From Candidatus Dadabacteria bacterium UBA1144 (GTDB lineage: Bacteria > Desulfobacterota_D > UBA1144), in the NCBI GenBank assembly GCA_002311855.1, contig DCAB01000012.1:462063-526062 (forward strand): a stretch of 64,000 nucleotides of DNA. The letters are read 5' to 3'. A program made the position numbers and the translations under genes. The number at the start of each line of letters is the position of its first letter. Position 1 is the stretch's first letter. Below the pieces are notes generated by a model. It was not told the DNA's origin and did no database searches. It was given only the letters and a program-made list of their open reading frames with translations. Below, one piece after another: positions 1-10,508 of the stretch.

Positions 1-1677
1 CTTATTTTTAGTTTTTTTACCAATTCCATAAATATTATCTAGATCTGATACAAACATAGATTGTTTCCTTTTAGATTTGTGAAACTGGACGGCAAACCGA
101 TGTGCCTCATCTCTTGCATTGATTAATATTCTTAATTCTTCTCCATATTTATTGAAATTTACAGGTTTCTTTTTATTTGGTAGATATATTTTGTCGATTT
201 GTTCTGATTTTGTAGGTTTTGCAATTGACGCAATATTCACGATTCCTTTCGCTAATTTTAATACTCTATTTAAATGACCCTTGCCACCATCAATTAAAAT
301 TAAATCCGGCTTCTCCCAGCCAGGTTCCCCAATCCTATTAAGCCTTCTTGATACAACTTCTTCCATCATTGCATAGTCATTCGGACCTTTCGTTAAAATT
401 TTAAATTTTCTATATAAGCTCTTTTGCGGTTTCCCATTTATGAAAGTTATCATCGAAGCGACAGAATTTGTGCCCTGAAGATTCGATATATCAAAACATT
501 CAATCCTCTTAGGGGTATTTTTTAAATCCATAATTTCCTTTATCTTGTTAAGTCTTAAATTGATTTCCTTTTCTAGCTCTACATTCCTCTTTATTTGATT
601 CTGTGCATTTTTAATCGCAAGATCTATCAATTTGATATTTCTTCCTCTTTGAACAACCTCTATCTTCGTGTTCGACAAAGAAAAACTAAATAAATCTTTT
701 TTTAGTTCTTCTACATATGGGAAAGTAGGAGGCAATAAGATTGTTTTGGGAGCGGATGTTTTTTGTGAATAGAACTGCGAGATGAGTTGGTAAATTTCAA
801 TATTAATCTGGTTCGTTTTTGATTCAACGTACAAGTCGGCCTTGTCTATAATGCATCCTCCTCTAAGAAATAAAATAATTATTTGTATCTTATTTCCTAG
901 TACATACAATCCTATTATGTCTGTATTTTTTAATCCCCTTGTCGATATTGCTTCAAAGAAATGAGGATTACTTACTAAATTTAATTGATCTCTATAAAAG
1001 GCTGCCTCTTCAAATCTTTCTTCCCTGGACATTAAATTCATTTTTTCATTAATTTGTTTCTTTAGCTCGCCGACTTTTCCTTTGAATATATCTTTTATTA
1101 AAGATATATTTTTTGAATAAATTTTATTTAGAGAATGATCATCACAAGGACCTATGCACATGCCTATATCCTTATAGATGCAAGCCCTTTTTCTGTGCAT
1201 ATTAAATTTGTTATCGGTGCAATTCCTGATTCCAAATATCTTCTGCAGTAATCTTTTTGTTTTATACAATTTATCTGAGGACTTAAAGGGTCCCAGGTAT
1301 ATCGAATTTTTATCATTACATTTTCTAGCCATAGAAATTCGCGGGTAGTCTTTTTGAATTTCAATCCTTATTGAAGCATATGTCTTATCATCCTTAAGAA
1401 GGACATTGTATTTTGGCTGTCTTTTCTTAATTGTATCATTTTCAAGGGTTAAGGCATCATCTTCGGTTTTTGTTGATATAAAGTCAAAACTTTCGGTTTC
1501 TTTCATTAGAAAATCAATATTCATTCTAGAATCTCTAGATTTAGAAAAATAAGATTTAATCCTTTTTTTAAGGTTTTTTGCTTTCCCAACATATAAAATT
1601 TCATTTTCTTTGTTCTTAAATATATATATTCCAGGGTCATCAGGAATTGTAGATATTTTATTTTTTTCCAAATCCAT
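1..1677 (-). CDS. uvrC: Excinuclease ABC subunit C (UvrC), N-terminal ~559 codons; the 3' end runs off the window
   Basis: Absent from the ORF track, presumably because it is edge-truncated. Hand translation from the ATG at 1677 gives MDLEKNKISTIPDDPGIYIFKNKENEILYVGKAKNLKKRIKSYF (GIY-YIG motif). This is followed by NDTIKKRQPKYNVLLKDDKTYASIRI and CIYKDIGMCIGPCD, typical of UvrC. I checked the frame by hand only for 1141-1677. Confidence 0.85.
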   Translation of the reverse strand, partial: MDLEKNKISTIPDDPGIYIFKNKENEILYVGKAKNLKKRIKSYFSKSRDSRMNIDFLMKETESFDFISTKTEDDALTLENDTIKKRQPKYNVLLKDDKTYASIRIEIQKDYPRISMARKCNDKNSIYLGPFKSSDKLYKTKRLLQKIFGIRNCTDNKFNMHRKRACIYKDIGMCIGPCDDHSLNKIYSKNISLIKDIFKGKVGELKKQINEKMNLMSREERFEEAAFYRDQLNLVSNPHFFEAISTRGLKNTDIIGLYVLGNKIQIIILFLRGGCIIDKADLYVESKTNQINIEIYQLISQFYSQKTSAPKTILLPPTFPYVEELKKDLFSFSLSNTKIEVVQRGRNIKLIDLAIKNAQNQIKRNVELEKEINLRLNKIKEIMDLKNTPKRIECFDISNLQGTNSVASMITFINGKPQKSLYRKFKILTKGPNDYAMMEEVVSRRLNRIGEPGWEKPDLILIDGGKGHLNRVLKLAKGIVNIASIAKPTKSEQIDKIYLPNKKKPVNFNKYGEELRILINARDEAHRFAVQFHKSKRKQSMFVSDLDNIYGIGKKTKNK

Positions 1678-1731
1678 TTGTTTATCTTATCTGATTTTGT
1701 TTATATAGAAAATCTGCTAACTTTTATTATT

Positions 1732-2394
1732 ATGGCTAAGTTTGATATAGCAAAGATAATTAAGAAAATGCAAAACTGCAAAAAAAATAGTAATCCTACC
1801 GCTGTTGAGAGCTTCATTGAACTTAATAAAAAAAGGGATCCATTTAAAGTTTTAATATCAACAATAATAAGTTTGAGAACTAAAGATGAAGTTACTTACC
1901 AATCCTCAAAAAACTTATTTAAGTTAGCTTCAACTCCGAAAACTATATCAAATCTTTCAATCAGCCAAATTCAAAAAGCAATTTATCCTTGTGGGTTTTT
2001 CAGGAATAAATCAAAGACAATTAAAGAAATATCAAAGAATATTTTAAATGATCATAATGGTACAACCCCTGATTCTATAAATAAACTTCTAAAATTTAAG
2101 GGAGTTGGAAGAAAAACCGCAAATCTTGTAATGATACTTGGATACAATAAGCCTGGAATTTGTGTTGATACACATGTACACAGGATTTTTAATCGAATAG
2201 GTTATGTAAAAACGAAAACCCCAAACGAAACTGAATTTGTTCTGAGAAATAAATTGCCCTTAAAATTCTGGCTACCTATTAATTCTTTATTAGTGTTTTA
2301 TGGTCAAAAAGTTTGCAGACCGATATCGCCATATTGTAGCAAATGCGCAATAAACCTTTACTGTAGACAAGTGGGAGTTGACAAGAGCAGATAA
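1732..2394 (+). CDS. nth: Endonuclease III (DNA glycosylase / AP lyase)
   Basis: ORF 1678..2394 trimmed to the ATG at 1732 (MAKFDIAK). Has the HhH motif FKGVGRKTANLVM and the C-terminal 4Fe-4S cysteine ladder CRPISPYCSKCAINLYC (C-x6-C-x2-C-x5-C). Confidence 0.85.
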   Translation: MAKFDIAKIIKKMQNCKKNSNPTAVESFIELNKKRDPFKVLISTIISLRTKDEVTYQSSKNLFKLASTPKTISNLSISQIQKAIYPCGFFRNKSKTIKEISKNILNDHNGTTPDSINKLLKFKGVGRKTANLVMILGYNKPGICVDTHVHRIFNRIGYVKTKTPNETEFVLRNKLPLKFWLPINSLLVFYGQKVCRPISPYCSKCAINLYCRQVGVDKSR

Positions 2395-2419
2395 AGCCTT
2401 ATCTATTAAGCGGCTTTAT
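2391..2419. terminator. Weak inverted repeat between convergent nth and glnA (possible bidirectional terminator)
   Basis: ATAAAGCC (2391-2398) pairs with GGCTTTAT (2412-2419). The loop is long (13 nt) and there is no clean U-tract. Confidence 0.25.
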
Positions 2420-2422
2420 TTC

Positions 2423-3841
2423 CTAGACGCTATAATACATAACAAATTCAAACGGATTAGGCCTTGCTCGCCAAGGAGTAATTTCCTCATTCGTTTTATA
2501 ATCTATGTACGCTTCAATTAAATCTTTAGTAAACACATCTCCCTGTAGAAGGAACTTGTAATCCCTTCTGAGTGCCTCTAATGCTTCTTCTAACGATACA
2601 GGTACAGATGGATACTTACTCAATTCTTTATCTGAAAGTGTATAGATATCTTTTTCTAACTCAGGCCCAGGTTTGATTTTGTTTTTGATACCATCAAGTC
2701 CAGCCATTAAGAGAGCTGAAAAAACTAAATAACAATTTGATGCTGGGTCTGGGAATCTTATTTCGACCCTTTTTGCTTTTGGATTTGTTGAATACATCGG
2801 TATTCTTGCAGCTGCACTCCTGTTTCGTGCGGAATGGGCAAGAATAATTGGTGCCTCATAGCCTGGAACTAATCTCTTGTACGAATTGATAGTCGAGTTT
2901 GAAAACGCACAAATAGCTCTAGCATGCTTCAACACGCCACCTATATAATATAGTGCTGTGTCGCTTAAGCCAGCGTATTTTTTTCCTGCGAAAAGAGGTT
3001 TGCCTCCCTTCCATATTGATTGATGGATGTGCATTCCTGATCCATTATCCACGAACACAGGCTTGGGCATAAACGTTGCGGATTTCCCGTGAAGCTTTGC
3101 AACGTTCTTAACGATGTATTTGTACCACATAACTTTGTCAGCCATTGTTTTTAAGGGAGCAAAAGTCATATCGATCTCTGCTTGGCCTGGTCCCCCAACT
3201 TCGTGGTGGTGACATTCGACACTTATACCGCAATCTTGCATGATTTTCACCATTTCGGACCTTACATCCTGGTATGTGTCGTTAGGAGCCATAGGGAAAT
3301 AACCTTCTTTGTATCTAATTTTATGTCCGAGGTTAGGTAGCTCATCCTCTCCTGAATTCCATTCTCCTTCTACTGAATCAACAGAATAAAACGCTGAATT
3401 AGGTGATGACTCGTATCGAACATCATCGAAAATAAAAAATTCTAACTCAGGACCGAAATGTGCTGTATCACCGACCCCAGTTTTTTTCAAATATTGTTCC
3501 GCTTTGGTAGCGACATATCTTGGGTCTTTGTCATATCTTTCCTTTGTGACTGCATCCCTGATGTCGCAAGTAATTGAAAGAGTAGAGTGAGATAAAAATG
3601 GATCAATTACTGCGGTTGAGGGGTCAGGCATGAGAAGCATGTCACTATCATTAATGTCTTGCCATATTCTTATACTCGATCCATCAAATCCCAAACCATC
3701 CTTAAATACCCCGGCATCTATTTCTGATACAGGGAAAGAAGTATGCTGCCAAGTTCCCAATAAGTCACAAAATCTTAAATCAACGATTTCAATTTTTTTG
3801 GACTTAATAAGCTTTAGTACATCATTAACGCTATAACTCAT
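2423..3841 (-). CDS. glnA: Glutamine synthetase, type I
   Basis: 472 aa with GSI hallmarks: [40 protein letters not shown]. Lies directly downstream of a PII gene. Confidence 0.95.
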   Translation of the reverse strand: MSYSVNDVLKLIKSKKIEIVDLRFCDLLGTWQHTSFPVSEIDAGVFKDGLGFDGSSIRIWQDINDSDMLLMPDPSTAVIDPFLSHSTLSITCDIRDAVTKERYDKDPRYVATKAEQYLKKTGVGDTAHFGPELEFFIFDDVRYESSPNSAFYSVDSVEGEWNSGEDELPNLGHKIRYKEGYFPMAPNDTYQDVRSEMVKIMQDCGISVECHHHEVGGPGQAEIDMTFAPLKTMADKVMWYKYIVKNVAKLHGKSATFMPKPVFVDNGSGMHIHQSIWKGGKPLFAGKKYAGLSDTALYYIGGVLKHARAICAFSNSTINSYKRLVPGYEAPIILAHSARNRSAAARIPMYSTNPKAKRVEIRFPDPASNCYLVFSALLMAGLDGIKNKIKPGPELEKDIYTLSDKELSKYPSVPVSLEEALEALRRDYKFLLQGDVFTKDLIEAYIDYKTNEEITPWRARPNPFEFVMYYSV

Positions 3842-3882
3842 GAAGTACCTCCTTTAAATTTGTGTTAATCGAGTTTCAATTT

Positions 3883-4305
<423 letters not shown>

Positions 4306-4310
4306 CTATG

Positions 4311-4326
4311 TGCAATATTCATGCCA
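4311..4326 (-). promoter_or_regulatory. Sigma-54 (-24/-12) promoter upstream of glnB-glnA
   Basis: The minus strand reads TGGCATGAATATTGCA. This matches TGGCAC-N5-TTGCW with exact GG-to-GC spacing. It lies about 90 nt upstream of the glnB ATG and immediately after the stop of the upstream acyl-CoA synthetase. NtrB/NtrC genes are present at 47709-50240. Confidence 0.6.
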
Positions 4327-4335
4327 ATACTTTCT

Positions 4336-6060
4336 TTATTTTCTTGCACTAAATTTAAGCCCAGCTTCTGCTCTATCCCAAGTTTTGTCATTTATGTCTT
4401 TGAGCTCAGCTACTCTTACTTTTTGGGATGCAGTCATTGGGAAGCCACCTTCAAAAATCTCTATAAATCTTGGGACCATAGCAATAATGGTCTTTTCTGC
4501 CATCCATTTACAAAATTCAGCATAATCGAATTTTTCACCTTCTTTTACGATGACATTAAGCTTTAATTCATCATCGGAAACATCAGGAAGTCTGACACCT
4601 ACTGCTATAGCATCTTGTATGGCTGGATATTCTAATGCAAGATCTGCAACCGCTATTGGATCAACATTCTCTCCAGAAACTCTTAATCTGGAGTACCGTC
4701 CTTGGAAATAGTACCTCCCATCTGTACCAGCTGCAAAAATGTCATCAGAATTGAAAAATCCATCGTCATCAAATGCCTCACGAGTTCTTCTTTCATCTTT
4801 AAAATATTCATTAAGAGTCGTATTTGGTAGCAAGGGTCTAATAAAGAGCAAGCCTTTTGCGCTCTCTGGTGGAGATTTTTCAGATACCGGATCCCAATGC
4901 GGCCTTATGACTTCTTCAATATTCTCTGGATTTCTAATTTCTAAATAATATCCATCAACTACATATCCACAAGATCCAGCTCTTTCGTCTTCTGGATATT
5001 TCCATAAGGGCATTCCCATTTCGGTAGAACCATACCCTTCGATTATTTTTAAATTAAACCTTTCTTCGAATTCTTTCAGATTTTTTGGGGCAGGCCCTGC
5101 TAAAACAAATCTAATATTATGTTTTTGATCATATTCACTAGGTTTTGCAGACCATAAATATTCTGATACTGCACCTAAAAAGTTTGTTATTGTTGCTCCA
5201 CAAGCATGGGCCCACTTGAAAAACTTAGATGCGGAAAATCTTGGAAAGAATACGGCTGTTGCCCCTGCACCAATGGAGCTAAACAAACACATGGCTTGCG
5301 CATTTGCATGTGCTAGAGAAAGCACACTCATCAAAATATCGTCAGCACCTACTCCTTGCTGCAAGTAGCTTCTTACTGTCATTATTATTCCACCATGCTC
5401 TCTAACTACACCTTTAGGAAGACCAGTAGTTCCAGATGTAAACATACATCTCTCCTGATCTCTTATCGATACTTCAACATTAGGATTTTCAGAAGAAAAT
5501 TCATATAAATTATCAAAGTTTTCAACAGGAATACTTCCTACCTTCTCAGGAATATTTTGGGTTTTTCCTGTAATGAATATTGTCTTAACATGCTCTAGTT
5601 TGTCTGCTATAGCTTCTATCAATTGAAGGCCGGATAGATCAATTACTAGTGCTACCATTTCAGAATAATTTATTACGTATGCAAGTCTGTCTCCTTTCTC
5701 ATCCTTATTTATAGGAACTTGTATGCCACCTGTTTTATGTATTGCAATAATGGAAAGAACAAATTCAGCACAATTAATCATATACATGCCAACTTTGTCA
5801 CCTTTGTTCACGCCAACTTTTTCTATTAATCCATTTGCAATTTGGTTAGCCTTTTCATTGGTTTCTTTATAGGAATATGTTTCAATAATTTCCCCTTCAG
5901 GATTACCTATCTTAAACATCGCTTTGTCTGGATAATTAATCGCACCATCCTCTAAATATTTTGTGATTGGTTTCCAAGTAGATGTGTCCTTAAAGGTTCC
6001 ATTTGGGAGCCCGCCTGTTCCCATATACCTTTCATTTATTGGTCTGAAAAAAAGCTTCAT
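4336..6060 (-). CDS. AMP-forming acyl-CoA synthetase / AMP-dependent ligase (substrate unknown), copy 1
   Basis: 574 aa with adenylate-forming enzyme core motifs: MFTSGTTGLPKGV, GYGSTE, NSDD..DGRYYFQGR. It is a paralog of the adjacent gene. Confidence 0.85.
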   Translation of the reverse strand: MKLFFRPINERYMGTGGLPNGTFKDTSTWKPITKYLEDGAINYPDKAMFKIGNPEGEIIETYSYKETNEKANQIANGLIEKVGVNKGDKVGMYMINCAEFVLSIIAIHKTGGIQVPINKDEKGDRLAYVINYSEMVALVIDLSGLQLIEAIADKLEHVKTIFITGKTQNIPEKVGSIPVENFDNLYEFSSENPNVEVSIRDQERCMFTSGTTGLPKGVVREHGGIIMTVRSYLQQGVGADDILMSVLSLAHANAQAMCLFSSIGAGATAVFFPRFSASKFFKWAHACGATITNFLGAVSEYLWSAKPSEYDQKHNIRFVLAGPAPKNLKEFEERFNLKIIEGYGSTEMGMPLWKYPEDERAGSCGYVVDGYYLEIRNPENIEEVIRPHWDPVSEKSPPESAKGLLFIRPLLPNTTLNEYFKDERRTREAFDDDGFFNSDDIFAAGTDGRYYFQGRYSRLRVSGENVDPIAVADLALEYPAIQDAIAVGVRLPDVSDDELKLNVIVKEGEKFDYAEFCKWMAEKTIIAMVPRFIEIFEGGFPMTASQKVRVAELKDINDKTWDRAEAGLKFSARK

Positions 6061-6066
6061 GATACT

Positions 6067-7794
6067 TTACTTCCTTGCACTAAATTTAAGTCCAGCTTTT
6101 GCTCTATCCCAAGTTTTGTCGTTAATTTCTTTAAGTTCTGCTACTTTCACTTTTTGTGTAGCAGTCATTGGGAACCCATCTTCAAAAATCTCTATAAACC
6201 TTGGAACCATCGCAATAATAGCTTTCTCTGCCATCCATGTACAAAATTCAGCATAATTAAATTTCTCACCTTCTTTTACGACGATATTAAGCTTTAATTC
6301 ATCGTCAGACACATCAGGGAGCCTGACACCTACTGCTATGGCGTCATGTATGGCCGGATATGCCAATGCAAGATCTGCAACTGCTACTGGGTCAACATTC
6401 TCGCCAGAAACTCTTAGTCGAGTATGTCTTCCCACAAAATAATATCTTCCATCAGTTCCACAGGCCATAACATCATCTGAATTAAAGAATTCATCATCAT
6501 CAAATGCCTCACGAGTTCTTCTTTCGTCTTTAAAATATTCATTAAGAGTCGTATTTGGTACCAGAGGTCTAATATACAGAATCCCTTTAGCTGAATCTGG
6601 AGGATTTGGATCTGTGTATGGATCCCAATGAGGCCTTATAATTTCCCCTATATTCTCTGGATTTCTTAGCTCTACATAAAAGCCTTCCGTAGGATAACCC
6701 ATAGATTTATCTCTATGGTCTTCTGGGTTTTTCCATAAAACCATACCCATCTCAGTGGAACCATAACCATCTATTACTCTTACGTTGAATCTTTTCTGGA
6801 AATCTATTAAGTTTCTTGGGGCAGGAGAGCCAAGCATTATTCTAATATTATGTTTTTGGTCATATTCGCTAGGCTTAGAAGACCAAAGATATTCTGCTAC
6901 AGCACCCAACATATTAACGCAAGTTGCACCACAATTATGAGCCCACTTAAAGAAGTTTGATGCAGAAAATCTGGGGAAGAAGATAGCAGTAGCACCAGCG
7001 CCAATAGAAGTAAATAGACACATTGCTTGAGCATTTGCATGTCCTAGAGAAAGCACACTCATCATTGTGTCCTCGCTTCTAATTCCTTGCTGTTGTAGAT
7101 ACGCTCTGACAGTTAAAATAACTCCACCATGTTCCCTTACAACACCTTTGGGCATACCTGTAGTTCCAGATGTAAACATGCATCTTTCTTTATCATCAAT
7201 CCCCACATCTACATTGGGATTCTCGGTAGAAAAATCATAAAGATTGTTGAATGGTTCAGCAGGAATATTGCCAATCTTTTCAGGGACATCAGCTGGTTCG
7301 CCCGTTACATAAATATTCTTTAGGTTCTCTAGTTTGTCTGCTATATCTTGAATCAGTAGTAATCCGGAAGGGTCCACCACTAGTGCAACCTGATCAGAAT
7401 AATTTATTATATAAGCAAGCCTTTCACCTTTCTCGTCCTTATTGATTGGAACTTGTATGGCCCCAGTTTTATGAATAGCTATAATTGAAAGAACAAATTC
7501 AGCGCAATTAATCATATACATACCAACTTTATCGCCTTTTCTAACTCCGACTTTTTCTATCAATCCGTTCGCTACCTGATTAGCTTTGTCGTTAGTCTCT
7601 TTATATGAATAGGTCTCAACTACACTCCCTTCTCCATTAGCGATTTTAAACATAGGCTTGTCTGGATAGTTTACTGCCCCATCTTCTAAATATTTTGTTA
7701 CTGGCTTCCAAGTAGAAGTATCATCGAATGTTCCGTTTGGAAGAGACCCGCTGCCGGTGTACTCAGGAGATCTAGTTTTAAATAATAATTGCAT
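6067..7794 (-). CDS. AMP-forming acyl-CoA synthetase / AMP-dependent ligase (substrate unknown), copy 2
   Basis: 575 aa with the same motifs: MFTSGTTGMPKGV, GYGSTE, DGRYYFVGR. Only 6 nt separate it from copy 1. Confidence 0.85.
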   Translation of the reverse strand: MQLLFKTRSPEYTGSGSLPNGTFDDTSTWKPVTKYLEDGAVNYPDKPMFKIANGEGSVVETYSYKETNDKANQVANGLIEKVGVRKGDKVGMYMINCAEFVLSIIAIHKTGAIQVPINKDEKGERLAYIINYSDQVALVVDPSGLLLIQDIADKLENLKNIYVTGEPADVPEKIGNIPAEPFNNLYDFSTENPNVDVGIDDKERCMFTSGTTGMPKGVVREHGGVILTVRAYLQQQGIRSEDTMMSVLSLGHANAQAMCLFTSIGAGATAIFFPRFSASNFFKWAHNCGATCVNMLGAVAEYLWSSKPSEYDQKHNIRIMLGSPAPRNLIDFQKRFNVRVIDGYGSTEMGMVLWKNPEDHRDKSMGYPTEGFYVELRNPENIGEIIRPHWDPYTDPNPPDSAKGILYIRPLVPNTTLNEYFKDERRTREAFDDDEFFNSDDVMACGTDGRYYFVGRHTRLRVSGENVDPVAVADLALAYPAIHDAIAVGVRLPDVSDDELKLNIVVKEGEKFNYAEFCTWMAEKAIIAMVPRFIEIFEDGFPMTATQKVKVAELKEINDKTWDRAKAGLKFSARK

Positions 7795-7879
7795 AGGTAA
7801 TAACCCCCTCTCGTTGCATTATTTTATAGTACAAAATAGTTATTATAGGTTGCCATATATTTGAAAAAGATAAAAGTGA

Positions 7880-8689
7880 CTAAATAAAAGTTGCTTTCTT
7901 TATCTTTGAGACAAAGTTCGAAATCTGACCGATAATTCGCTCTTTTCTGCTCAAATTTGCTTCAATTATTTTTATAATCGCACTTCCTATTACTATTCCA
8001 TTGCACACCTTTTTTAATTGATTAACGTGGACTGGTTTTGATATACCAAATCCAACACAAACAGGTTTTTTTGTTTTTTTCTTAATTTTGGCGATGATGT
8101 TTCTTAGATTTTTATCTATTTTTTCTCTTACCCCAGTTACGCCCGTAACAGAAACTAAATAAATGAAAGAATTGGACAATCTTGATACGAGATCGATTCG
8201 TTCTTGAGTGCTGGTAGGAGCTAACAAATAAACTAATTCGAGTTCGGCATGATTTGCAGCTTGCTGAGTTTCAAATGCCTCTTCTGGTGGAAGGTCAACT
8301 ATTAGAACTCCTTCTGCCCCCACTTTCTTGATATCTTGCATGACTTTTTTTAATCCGTACTGCAAAAAGGGATTAAAGTAACCGAATATAATTATAGGAG
8401 TTTTATAATTCAATCTAAATTTTTTTACCATATTTAGAGCATTGGATATGTTTACTTTATTTCTCAAAGCTCTTTCCGAAGCTTTTTGAATAGTTGGACC
8501 ATCAGAGATTGGATCAGAAAATGGTATTCCTAATTCAATTATATCAACTCTATTTTTAGATAGTGATTCTAGAATTTTATAGGATGTATGAATATCGGGA
8601 TCCCCAGCGACAATGTAAGCTACAAAGCACACTTTCCCTTCTTTGTTAACTTTTCTTATTGTATCAATCAATGTCATGTTCAGCGACAA
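7880..8689 (-). CDS. trpA: Tryptophan synthase alpha chain
   Basis: 269 aa with [17 protein letters not shown] and GFGIS motifs. Overlaps trpB by 10 nt. Confidence 0.9.
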   Translation of the reverse strand: MSLNMTLIDTIRKVNKEGKVCFVAYIVAGDPDIHTSYKILESLSKNRVDIIELGIPFSDPISDGPTIQKASERALRNKVNISNALNMVKKFRLNYKTPIIIFGYFNPFLQYGLKKVMQDIKKVGAEGVLIVDLPPEEAFETQQAANHAELELVYLLAPTSTQERIDLVSRLSNSFIYLVSVTGVTGVREKIDKNLRNIIAKIKKKTKKPVCVGFGISKPVHVNQLKKVCNGIVIGSAIIKIIEANLSRKERIIGQISNFVSKIKKATFI

Positions 8690-9903
8690 GTTTGTTTGTT
8701 CTCCAAAAAATCATTAACAGATTGTAGATCTTTATCTCCTCTTCCGGATAAATTAACAATTATTATCTGGTTCTTTTTCATTTTAGGGGCTGAAGTTAAA
8801 GCATACGCAAGTGCATGGGAAGTTTCTAATGCTGCAATTATACCCTCTTTCTGGGAGAAATATTGTAGAGCTTTGACAGCTTGCCTATCATTGACTGATG
8901 TATATTTAACTCTTTTTGTATCATTCAGAAAAGAGTGTTCAGGCCCAACTCCAGGATAATCAAGACCTGCAGAAACTGAATGAGTTTCCTTAATTTGCCC
9001 ATGTCCATCTTGTAAAACATAGGTTTTACTCCCATGTAGTACTCCGATGCTTCCAGCAGTGATGCTTGCTGAATGAAGCCCAGTATTAAGACCCTTTCCT
9101 CCAGCTTCGACCCCAACCATGCTAACATTTTCATCATTTAAAAAGGGATGAAACAACCCAATGGCATTGGACCCGCCACCGACGCAAGCAATTAAAAGAT
9201 CGGGTAATTTTGACTCTAGATTAAGAATTTGTTTTCGCGTTTCTTTCCCTATTATTGATTGAAAATCTCTAACAATCATTGGATATGGATGCGGACCAGC
9301 AACACTTCCTATTATGTAGAAAGTATCCCTAACATTTGTTACCCAATCTCTTAATGCCTCATTTAGTGCATCCTTTAGTGTTTGAGACCCTGATTTCACC
9401 GAAATCACATTTGCTCCAAGTAATTTCATTTTTTGTACATTGATTGATTGTCTGTAAGTATCTAAAACACCCATATAAATTTCGCATTTGAGTCCCAAGA
9501 GAGCACAAACAGTTGCGGTGGCTACACCATGTTGGCCTGCTCCGGTTTCAGCAATAATTCTTTTTTTGCCCATGGCTTTTGCTAATATTGCCTGACCAAC
9601 TGTATTGTTTATTTTATGAGCGCCAGTGTGGGCAAGATCTTCTCTTTTTAAATATATTTTTGCACCCCCGATACTCTTAGATGTTTTTTCAGCCAGATAT
9701 AAAGGAGTAGGTCTTCCTACAAAATTTTTAAGCAAATTATCAACTTGGGCCTTAAAATTTTTATTATTTTTAATTTTTTTATAATTTCTCTCAAGTTCAT
9801 CCAGGGCTGGCATTAAAGTTTCAGAAACAAATTTACCCCCATAATCCCCAAATCTTCCGTATTTATCGGGATTATTTCTGTAATTTTTGACGTTCTTATT
9901 CAT
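8680..9903 (-). CDS. trpB: Tryptophan synthase beta chain
   Basis: 407 aa with [16 protein letters not shown] (PLP lysine), [10 protein letters not shown] and GGGSNAIG. Confidence 0.95.
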   Translation of the reverse strand: MNKNVKNYRNNPDKYGRFGDYGGKFVSETLMPALDELERNYKKIKNNKNFKAQVDNLLKNFVGRPTPLYLAEKTSKSIGGAKIYLKREDLAHTGAHKINNTVGQAILAKAMGKKRIIAETGAGQHGVATATVCALLGLKCEIYMGVLDTYRQSINVQKMKLLGANVISVKSGSQTLKDALNEALRDWVTNVRDTFYIIGSVAGPHPYPMIVRDFQSIIGKETRKQILNLESKLPDLLIACVGGGSNAIGLFHPFLNDENVSMVGVEAGGKGLNTGLHSASITAGSIGVLHGSKTYVLQDGHGQIKETHSVSAGLDYPGVGPEHSFLNDTKRVKYTSVNDRQAVKALQYFSQKEGIIAALETSHALAYALTSAPKMKKNQIIIVNLSGRGDKDLQSVNDFLENKQTCR

Positions 9904-10508
9904 GATTTTACTAATCTTACAATAGATTCAAGTTTTTCAACATCTTTATATCCTGGAGACGACTCTGTGCCAGAGCAAACATCAACGAAATTAATTTGGG
10001 TCTCTTGCATTGCTTTTTTTATATTGTTTTTATTTAAACCGCCTGATAAAATCATTTTCTCTTTCGGAAAAATATCTGAGATAGTGCTCCAGTCAAAAAT
10101 TTTACCCGTACCACCTCTTTCTTTATCATCCGAGGAATCAAAAAGCCAGTATTCGCTATTAAATTTAGAAATAGATTCCTGTAGATTCAATTTTCTGGCT
10201 GAAAAAGCTTTAATCGTTTTACAATCTATATTTTCTATTACTTCAGGGCTTTCATCTCCATGTAATTGAACATAGTCTAGGTCTAGATTCGTAACGTATT
10301 CGTTTATAGTTCCTATATCTTCATTGACGAAAACTCCAACTTTCAATATCTTGCTATCAAGCTTTTTGGCTATTTCGTATGCTTTTTTTAAATCCACAAA
10401 TCTTTTGCTTTTCGAGTAGAAATTTAACCCAATCAAATCGACCCCAAGATCGCTACATAAAACAGCATCTTCGACATTCGTTAATCCACAAATCTTAATT
10501 CTATTCAT
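9900..10508 (-). CDS. trpF: Phosphoribosylanthranilate isomerase
   Basis: 202 aa, N-terminal IKICGLT, then [13 protein letters not shown] and VQLHGDE. Overlaps trpB by 4 nt. Confidence 0.85.
   Translation of the reverse strand: MNRIKICGLTNVEDAVLCSDLGVDLIGLNFYSKSKRFVDLKKAYEIAKKLDSKILKVGVFVNEDIGTINEYVTNLDLDYVQLHGDESPEVIENIDCKTIKAFSARKLNLQESISKFNSEYWLFDSSDDKERGGTGKIFDWSTISDIFPKEKMILSGGLNKNNIKKAMQETQINFVDVCSGTESSPGYKDVEKLESIVRLVKS

Larger units (their letters stand above)
4336..7794. repeat. Tandem duplication of a ~1.73 kb acyl-CoA synthetase gene
   Basis: The two proteins align end to end; by eye roughly three quarters of residues are identical. Long near-identical DNA blocks occur at the 3' ends (compare 4336-4620 with 6067-6360). 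The + strand shadow ORFs 4259..4525 and 5963..6256 mirror each other for the same reason. Confidence 0.85.

Noticed and set aside
1164-1364. 66-aa minus-strand ORF in the first 1.7 kb
   Set aside because: It lies in an alternative frame inside uvrC. The uvrC frame, hand-translated for 1141-1677, gives conserved UvrC sequence across this interval.
7795-7879. TGGCA at 7848-7852 (minus strand ...ATATGGCAACCTATAATAAC...) as a second sigma-54 promoter for the acyl-CoA synthetase genes
   Set aside because: No TTGC -12 element occurs at the required spacing. The sequence following it is TATAAT, which is more consistent with an ordinary sigma-70 -10 box.
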